A DNA stretch of 42,932 nt from positions 1-42,932 of IMG/VR virus record IMGVR_UViG_3300025018_000246, one strand, 5' to 3'. A program made the translations under genes and the position numbers. Position 1 is the stretch's first letter; every line of letters begins with the position of its first letter. This DNA comes from a virus (Duplodnaviria > Caudoviricetes). Under the pieces are notes generated by a model that was not told the DNA's origin, searched no databases, and was given only the letters and a program-made list of their open reading frames with translations. This document shows positions 36,901 through 42,932 of the stretch, in pieces.

Positions 36901-39034
36901 CTAGTACATGATTATTTAGCTCTCCTATGCTATTGCCTTTTAAAGCAGTAAAATTAATATTTTTATTTCTCTCTACTGCTTTTCTTGCAGCTAATTCCGT
37001 ATCATAAGTAAGCCTTATATGCTGAGGCTGTTCCCAAATCCTAACTAATCCAGCATCAGGCTTTAAATCTCCTTGTGCAATTAGCTTTTCAGTATACTCT
37101 CTAGCATAAGATTGCAATGCCATTAAATCATCAGGGTGCAAAGTAGCATTAGGGCTAGGGATAACTTGACCTTCAAATACAGATTTTCTGATATTGACAA
37201 TAGCTGCTATTTGCTCATTATCAAGAAATGATTTTAATGGTTTCCCACCTCTAGTAATCCCTTCTCCTTTTTTAGCCAATAAGTTAGTTGCTACTTTAAT
37301 TTTCTGTGCCTGTAAAAATGCAGGAAAATCTACAGTAGCTAAATCCAGCTCTCCTTCTTTTAAACCTACGAATCTAATTTGTTCTATTTCTGTTTTAGAT
37401 AGTCCATCAGTAAGAACTTTTTCCATTAAAGGAATATCTTCTACATGAATAGTGAGCCCTTTTGACGTATCAAACTTATCAAGAGATTGTGCCCATATAA
37501 ATCTAGCATTAGCATCTAGTGGATTAGATCCAGCTTTAGTGGAAGTCCACATTTTTTTAATATCGATAGGCTCTGCCTTTTTACCTAACTTTACTTTCTT
37601 TGGTAGGTTAGGGATCAAAGAGTGCTTATATTTAAGCTCTCCAGCTTTTTTAGAAGTGGCTCCCTTTTTAACTATACGAACTCCCTTCTTAGGATCTACT
37701 CTTATTTCTTCTCCTTTTTTTAGAGTGTCAGATACTTGAGTTAATCTTTCTTTAACCCCATCTATAACTTTACCAGCATCTTCTCCCCACATTTTAACTG
37801 TACCAACATGCACACTTGTATTAAGGTACTCAGTGGCTTCTTCAGCAGTTAGCCCATCAGCTTTAGGGCTTGTAGCTTTTCTTTCTAACTCAGCTAATCT
37901 TTTCCCTAACTTACCTACCTCAGTTACACGAGACATCTCTCCTAAAGATACAAATGCACTTAAGGCAGTATCTCTATCAGCAGTCTTAAATATATCAAAC
38001 ATAGTATTAGCTATGACATCGTCGCCATTAGCTATTTCTCGCAAATCAGTTCTTATCCTGTTATGCAGAGTAGCAACTGTTCTTCTTGCAATAGTCTTTC
38101 TATGTGCGATTACAGACTCGGTAAGATCGTCGCTTATAATAGGCATGTTAGCTATAGTGTCTAAATCAATAGCTATTCTTTCATAAGGGGTAGATGAAGA
38201 AGCATGAGCAGGAATCATTGTCCAAGGACGATCTGCTAAATCAGCAGTATCTCTGGCTTTACCTAAAGCAGAGTTGAGTTTGGCTCCAGTAACTACTCCG
38301 CCTAGGATACCAAATACACCACCGCTTATAGCTATATTAGTGATATAGTCTTTAAACTCTTGACCTTCTAATACAGGAGAATTAAACAAAGTGGCAGCAG
38401 TAGCTATCTCGAAAGCAGCAGCCTCTAATACATTTTGATGAACCCCAGAAGCTATAGCTTTAAGGGAAGATGCATTTGTTAATGAAGCTACAGAATTATA
38501 ATTAATTACTTCGTCTACAGCTTTTGCCATCTTAGCTTTACTATTGGGAGCAAGAACTTTCATTGCTATCCCCATACCTTTGCCAACTTTACCTGCTTGC
38601 GCTCCTCTAAGTGCTATCTGACCAGCATTAAGAGCTTTAACCCCAGCAGTGCCTGGGATCAGAGAAGAAGCAATAAAGCCTACTAAATCAATGCCTTCTT
38701 GGTTTTCTTGATAAAAACGACCAAGGTCTGAATCTAAAGAGTTAACTACATCAACAGTTTCAGTTCTCTCAAAATCCCCACCAAAAAGATTGCCAATATC
38801 AGCAGGTATATTAGTTACCTGATTCACAGCAGATAGCGCAGAAAGTCCTATAAACTTTTGGACAGAGTCTACTGTATCTACTGCTGACTCTAAAAAAGTT
38901 TTATTATTATTAGCAGTGTTTAAAGTGTCAGCAGCTACCATATAAGAAGGTACGCCAGTCTCTAGTGCATCAAGAGCCTCTTGGAAAGGATCTCTATCTT
39001 GATCTTCTTCTAGCTCTTTACGACCAAACGCCAT
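33902..39034 (-). CDS. Large internal virion / DNA ejection protein (1710 aa)
   Basis: Size, Ala-rich helical composition with hydrophobic segments, and last position in the structural operon. Confidence 0.65.
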   Translation of the reverse strand: MAFGRKELEEDQDRDPFQEALDALETGVPSYMVAADTLNTANNNKTFLESAVDTVDSVQKFIGLSALSAVNQVTNIPADIGNLFGGDFERTETVDVVNSLDSDLGRFYQENQEGIDLVGFIASSLIPGTAGVKALNAGQIALRGAQAGKVGKGMGIAMKVLAPNSKAKMAKAVDEVINYNSVASLTNASSLKAIASGVHQNVLEAAAFEIATAATLFNSPVLEGQEFKDYITNIAISGGVFGILGGVVTGAKLNSALGKARDTADLADRPWTMIPAHASSSTPYERIAIDLDTIANMPIISDDLTESVIAHRKTIARRTVATLHNRIRTDLREIANGDDVIANTMFDIFKTADRDTALSAFVSLGEMSRVTEVGKLGKRLAELERKATSPKADGLTAEEATEYLNTSVHVGTVKMWGEDAGKVIDGVKERLTQVSDTLKKGEEIRVDPKKGVRIVKKGATSKKAGELKYKHSLIPNLPKKVKLGKKAEPIDIKKMWTSTKAGSNPLDANARFIWAQSLDKFDTSKGLTIHVEDIPLMEKVLTDGLSKTEIEQIRFVGLKEGELDLATVDFPAFLQAQKIKVATNLLAKKGEGITRGGKPLKSFLDNEQIAAIVNIRKSVFEGQVIPSPNATLHPDDLMALQSYAREYTEKLIAQGDLKPDAGLVRIWEQPQHIRLTYDTELAARKAVERNKNINFTALKGNSIGELNNHVLDNLAIIKEQQKLYGMDLDNAASYVLAEDFGKFLDISGGAAGDIATKATSSGAGAGAFSAAISRYGSLGATVEFIGKQTASVITKFQSRTTEALNPLLSKLAKNREAAIEWAVLNRTLRGIEGDYALNAAGDALEPAAIVRWKQMAEQAAAVGKEAPPMPEISPAMLARIDIKDDTVRKLVGAHIELNGKRNMGLASIRAAQGQQFNRAPDVFYPLPVDTRDYQYFASVYDERLTAVGNPNTMLYATSEQELKDMITRITNNNPGVTIRTKAETEAYFKGKGQFEYEKTLHDNYADSSMKRMGDSAPYIVPTDPNKIVKDMLKWHMEREAGLVREAVSAKYEVAFDELRSLGENFTNVATSKFGNLSLDEFADSVVANPYVDFIKTALNVRRTSDYPILTNFNKNVDDIFSKMYKNIAKVQQKAKSPEDLLEIQAIMERVGYKGAQYDESMEIFSNINPARGALSSLVQKANSVLATVVLRWDTLNAINNAVSANVLLGTEVKAVIRAIERGDSEAVGQLAELTRIAVPGTDQTVFSAGKLISNAIRKFHEVGRNSDEFRFFEDHGFMTRISDQYRNVLDDLSFRGTAGDFSAGINKAFKTAKEMGDKGEVLTGNRLAEEFNRFVAADVMKQLTDIAVSKNLMTTKEQLSYINTFVNRTQGNYQASQRPIVFQGAVGQAVSLFQTYQFNLMQQLLRHVGEGSAKDAATLLALQGTIHGMNGLPAFNAVNTHIIGTASGNTENKDIYTTLYGVAGKTAGDWLMYGAASNALGLLHPDLRINLYTRGDLNPRNVTILPVNPAEIPIVQAYGRFFSNLMNTSKQLALGGDVTTTILQGFEKNGLSRPLAGLAQALEGFNNPLKASYSTSNRGNVIAANDLLSVANLSRLVGGKPLDEAIALDAAFRFKAYALQQNKRKQQLGKAIKSTMLAGNMPTQEQLDSFIDKFVQRGGKQAEFNQWIGQLYSAANTSQANEISRALDTPYAKAMQELMGDRELRDFTND

Positions 39035-41130
39035 TACTGATTCTCCTCAGTATCTTCTTTAGGGAGGAATTTAAGTATTTTAGCCATAGTATCTCTTATT
39101 GATGATGGATCAGTAAGATCAGTAACAGTTTTACCTCCGCCCAATACATTAAGTGTACTATTTAATCTAGTAGCCACACCAGCAGTCCAGAAAAATTGCC
39201 CTGCGAGGTTATCTGGAACCAATAAGTTAGTAGCAGCAGCCTGTAATTTATTATCATCAACTACTACTTTAATAGGAACTTTAATCTCGTTTTGTAGATC
39301 TTGTGGCTGAAATCCATATTTTGAAAAACCCTCTGGGCCGAAGTTATTTATAATTTTTCCAGCATTAATAAGAGCTGACATACCAGTTACGAATTCCTCT
39401 ATAGTAATAACTTTATTAGCTATCATTCTAGCAGATAATCCAAAGATTTTTTGAGAATCAAATTCATTCATTCCTGATGGAGCTAAAACTTTTTGCCAAA
39501 GAGGTTGTCTTGTTACTTCATTTACTTTAGAGTAGGCAAATAGCGGAGGAAGATTAAGTTCGCTCTCCGGAGTTACGTTAGCTTTAAGCTCTTTCATATA
39601 TACAGACGCTTCATAATTAAAAGCAGCTTTATAAGCTTCTTCATCGGAAGCTCCTATGGTATATGTTCCTGCCATTTTTCCTTCTTCTACTCTTTGAGCA
39701 ACAGCAATTAACAGTCTATTACCTTTAGTATCTGGCAAGCCTCCTCTGGGGTTTGTTAAGTTCTGCATTTTAAATGCATCATATGGAGTAGATCCGTAAG
39801 TTCCTCTGCTAAAAGGATCTGACTGTGCCCTCATGCCTGCTTCATAATAACCATTAATCTGAGCTAATAGAGTGCTATCTCTACCATTTTCTATTACATC
39901 ATTAATATAAGCTTCGGAGAAAGGCTCTGCATCTGGTTTGAATACTTTTAAGCCTAAGTTAACAGCCTCAGTTCTTACTTGTCTATAAGCTTGTTGCTGC
40001 TCTTGACTAAGCTTATTAAACTCTGCAGATTGCTCAGTAGAAGCAATGCTAGCTTTCATAGAATCTATTGAAAGCTGTTGAATTAGCTTATCATTAGGGA
40101 TAGCTTCTACCTGAGCAGCAGTGAGCTTCGCATTACTCCTAAGTATTCTTTCTCGTACAGGAGCCATTGCAGCATCTCTTTCAGCGGCTGCAAGATCAAG
40201 AACTCTCTTTTGTTTATTATATGCTGCTTGATCATTTCTATCAGTAGCATCTAACTTCTCTTGTTCACGTTTCCAAACATTATGAGCATAAGAAGCCAAT
40301 TCATCTTGAGCACGAGGCTCTCTCAAAGTAGCTTCATATTCAAGCGCCTCTAGCTGAGCTTGAGAAGTTTCTAACCCAAGTTGAGCTCTCGCTAGTTCTA
40401 TTGGAGCGCGCTTTATATCAGCTTCTATCTGATGAATATTAGCTAACATATTAAGCTGGGCTGAGCTGGCTGTAGACATTCTATACATCATATCAGCGTT
40501 AGTTGATAGACCTTCTATCTTAGCTCTAGCTGCTTCTATATTATAAGTTGCAGCTATAGCTTTACTCTCGGCAGCTATAGTTCCTTGATTAATGGACTTC
40601 TTAGCATTGTTAGCTGTAGTGCTAATTGAGTTAGTAGCTTCGGCTATCCCTTGAATAGTTCTAAGAGTTCTATTCTGATTATTATTCTTAACAGCTAATT
40701 GATAATTTATAGATGTATTTCTGAATTGATTTATAGCAGTATCAATTACACCTATTCCAGTAAACTCATCGTCAGCTATATCTTCTTTTCTGGCTTGCAA
40801 ATCAAGCAGCTCTTTAGCACCTTCGTTATACTCTTTTAATAAATCAGCTTGATTCTTAAAAGAGTTCGTGGATGATATAGTATCAATAATCATATTCTGA
40901 GCTTTAAGTTCTGCTTGCTGCTTCACAGTATTAACTACTTCTTTAGCAGAACTAAGAGCTTCTATATTATTGAGCACATCTTCAGTTTGGGCTGCAATCT
41001 GATTCATAGTATCAGCAGCAGATCCTGTAAACTTATTAGCACTGTTTCTAGCAGACTCAAAAAGACCCCTAAGCTCAGTTATCCTAGGATCTTCAGACTC
41101 TTCTGGTTTAGCTGGCGCTGACTCTTCCAT
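39034..41130 (-). CDS. Internal virion / ejection protein (698 aa, coiled-coil)
   Basis: A/Q-rich helical protein; middle member of the small-medium-large ejection triad. Confidence 0.6.
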   Translation of the reverse strand: MEESAPAKPEESEDPRITELRGLFESARNSANKFTGSAADTMNQIAAQTEDVLNNIEALSSAKEVVNTVKQQAELKAQNMIIDTISSTNSFKNQADLLKEYNEGAKELLDLQARKEDIADDEFTGIGVIDTAINQFRNTSINYQLAVKNNNQNRTLRTIQGIAEATNSISTTANNAKKSINQGTIAAESKAIAATYNIEAARAKIEGLSTNADMMYRMSTASSAQLNMLANIHQIEADIKRAPIELARAQLGLETSQAQLEALEYEATLREPRAQDELASYAHNVWKREQEKLDATDRNDQAAYNKQKRVLDLAAAERDAAMAPVRERILRSNAKLTAAQVEAIPNDKLIQQLSIDSMKASIASTEQSAEFNKLSQEQQQAYRQVRTEAVNLGLKVFKPDAEPFSEAYINDVIENGRDSTLLAQINGYYEAGMRAQSDPFSRGTYGSTPYDAFKMQNLTNPRGGLPDTKGNRLLIAVAQRVEEGKMAGTYTIGASDEEAYKAAFNYEASVYMKELKANVTPESELNLPPLFAYSKVNEVTRQPLWQKVLAPSGMNEFDSQKIFGLSARMIANKVITIEEFVTGMSALINAGKIINNFGPEGFSKYGFQPQDLQNEIKVPIKVVVDDNKLQAAATNLLVPDNLAGQFFWTAGVATRLNSTLNVLGGGKTVTDLTDPSSIRDTMAKILKFLPKEDTEENQ

Positions 41131-41142
41131 AATTATTTACTC

Positions 41143-41673
41143 CTATAAGCCGACTAAATTGCCGATAGAACCTATAAGCCCACCATCTTTATTATCTTGT
41201 GTCTGAGTAGATGTGGTACTAGTGGTTTGATTAATCTCCTCGATAACATCAAGCTCTTTACTGCCTTCTTCTCCAGTTTTACCTTTAGTAACTTTCTTAC
41301 CAGTAATTTTAGCTATCTCTCCAATGATTCTAGCAACTAAATCACCAGAAGCATTTAGGGCAGCGGATGAATTATAAAGACCAGAGGATCTTTCTCCAGC
41401 AAAGATGTCAGCTAAGCCACCAGTTCCTTCAAGGGTATCTTGAATAATCTTATATACAGCCTCTGCTTCTAGCTGTAATTGCTCAAAGGAATCAGTGAAT
41501 CCAGATTTAGAAGTTGTCTCTTTGCTCTGAGTAGTATTAGTTCCTTTAATTACAGAGTTAGAGTTACCCTTTATTTTACTTGAAGTATCAGACCCAAGTA
41601 TATCCCCAAAAGCTCCAGTTATATCTCTGAAAAAACTGAACCCGCCTTCTCCACCTTCGCTTTGTTCTCCCAT
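41143..41673 (-). CDS. Small internal virion / ejection protein (176 aa)
   Basis: G/S/T-rich with amphipathic Gly-rich termini. Confidence 0.55.
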   Translation of the reverse strand: MGEQSEGGEGGFSFFRDITGAFGDILGSDTSSKIKGNSNSVIKGTNTTQSKETTSKSGFTDSFEQLQLEAEAVYKIIQDTLEGTGGLADIFAGERSSGLYNSSAALNASGDLVARIIGEIAKITGKKVTKGKTGEEGSKELDVIEEINQTTSTTSTQTQDNKDGGLIGSIGNLVGL

Positions 41674-41688
41674 TACTTTTCTCCTAAA

Positions 41689-42084
41689 CTAAATAGACCA
41701 AACACTTAATTTAGTGCTCGCTAAGATTTTTGATTCATTAAGAGCGAGAGTTAGAGTACTTGCTCCATCTACTAACTCTCCGTTACTGCAACTGATAATA
41801 GTGGAATTAGCCCCAGCTATTTGTCGAACTGATATTCTAATTCCACTAGATACTAAATCAGATGGTATAGATATATTTACATTATTAGCTGTAGTGTCAG
41901 TTAATATTACTATCTTACCATAGGGTACATCATAAAAGCTCTCTGTTACAACTTCAACAGAGTCAGTCGCTGAAGCTAGTAGCTCTATTGCATTATGAAT
42001 GTTCAAGAGTAAATCGTAAAGAGAGGGATCATCAACTTCAGGTATCTCACCTAAGTTAAGATTAATGCCAGATTTGTATGTCAT
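41689..42084 (-). CDS. Hypothetical tail-associated protein
   Basis: 131 aa with a fibre-like C-terminal beta domain. Confidence 0.6.
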   Translation of the reverse strand: MTYKSGINLNLGEIPEVDDPSLYDLLLNIHNAIELLASATDSVEVVTESFYDVPYGKIVILTDTTANNVNISIPSDLVSSGIRISVRQIAGANSTIISCSNGELVDGASTLTLALNESKILASTKLSVWSI

Positions 42085-42085
42085 A

Positions 42086-42932
42086 CTATCTTCTACCGTT
42101 CAAAGTGTATACCAATAGAGCAGTTACTAGATTAAATTTTCCTAACATAGCTATTGTATGATTTTTTGCTGCTAACTTAAAATAGTAAACTCTTAAGTTT
42201 GGCTCGCTGCTAGATAAGTATCCTTGCACTTTTCTATTGTAATTTTTACCATCTAAAGAAGTGAAATCATATAAAGTATAATCAGTAGTAGGCTCTTGAA
42301 CATTCTCAATTTCCACACTTAGGAGAGTTGTTATTCTTGAAAAAGATGCTTGTATTTTTCCTAACAGTAAAACACCAGAACTATCTAGCGTTACAGAAGT
42401 TTCCATTACATCTACACTTCCATCTTTTTTAAGAAACCCTATTGATTCTTTAGATGGCTCACTAGTAGCAGACACAAATTCAAATACATCTACATGATCT
42501 ATTTTAACTTTACCAAGCCTGTCTAATATAATATCATATATGAGAGCATAATTAAACCCTTGCCACCCATAAGATATAACTAAATATCTGGAAGATATAA
42601 ACTTTAATTTCTTTGCTATAGTTTCGTTGACTGGTATATCGTAAGAAACTAAGTCCAGAGAATCTTCATTGAAATCTTCAAACCTCCTCCCAGATAAAAA
42701 ATCTGTAACTTGCGGGAGTATAGTATCAGCAGATTGAGTATTAACAACTTGTAAGCCAGCTCTAGTATAAGAAAACTGAAATTTAGATCCACTTTCATAG
42801 GCTACTTGATCTATGTTAATGCCCCCTTTAGCATCATCTATTTTACGAAACTTAAATGGAGATGTACCGTTACCTGTGAATGTTCCAGCTATAGCATTAT
42901 TAAGAGTATATATAATGATGCCGCCAGAATGA
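42086..42932 (-). CDS. 3' part of the join-spanning nozzle-like gene (starts at 829)
   Basis: In frame with ATG 829 through the overlap; track ORF 42086..42475 is only its C-terminus. Confidence 0.7.
   Translation of the reverse strand, partial: HSGGIIIYTLNNAIAGTFTGNGTSPFKFRKIDDAKGGINIDQVAYESGSKFQFSYTRAGLQVVNTQSADTILPQVTDFLSGRRFEDFNEDSLDLVSYDIPVNETIAKKLKFISSRYLVISYGWQGFNYALIYDIILDRLGKVKIDHVDVFEFVSATSEPSKESIGFLKKDGSVDVMETSVTLDSSGVLLLGKIQASFSRITTLLSVEIENVQEPTTDYTLYDFTSLDGKNYNRKVQGYLSSSEPNLRVYYFKLAAKNHTIAMLGKFNLVTALLVYTLNGRR
42784..42932. repeat. Terminal direct repeat, right copy
   Basis: Matches 1-149 with one mismatch. Confidence 0.95.

Noticed and set aside
33902-39034. Virion RNA polymerase
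   Set aside because: No DxDGD motif or T7/N4-type polymerase motifs recognised.

Overview
The window looks like one complete, circularly assembled genome of a lytic tailed phage with a podovirus-like gene set. The unit length is about 42,783 bp plus a 149-bp assembly overlap, and it is AT-rich with strong CpG depletion. The minus strand carries the virion arm: small and large terminase, holin-like peptide, M15 endolysin, portal, scaffold, DUF5309/SU10-type major capsid, several receptor-binding or decoration genes, adaptor, tailspike, a nozzle-like gene crossing the contig join, and three ejection-type proteins. The plus strand carries the early/replication arm: SprT protease, RecD/Dda-like helicase, PD-(D/E)xK exonuclease, Sak4-like ATPase, SSB-like protein, family A DNA polymerase, HD hydrolase, DUF3987 ATPase, short C5-MTase-like protein and DHH phosphoesterase. 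I saw no RNA polymerase, primase, integrase, repressor, tRNA or CRISPR. The most striking feature is the non-coding divergence region (about 14,450-14,810). It is tiled with near-consensus sites for host regulators: two inverted Fur-type arrays, three OxyR-type ATAG-N7-CTAT boxes, LacI/GntR-like motifs, an exact IHF site and an exact sigma54 -24/-12 promoter. One gene further on is an iteron-flanked putative origin. All protein calls come from motif recognition by eye, not from database searches.
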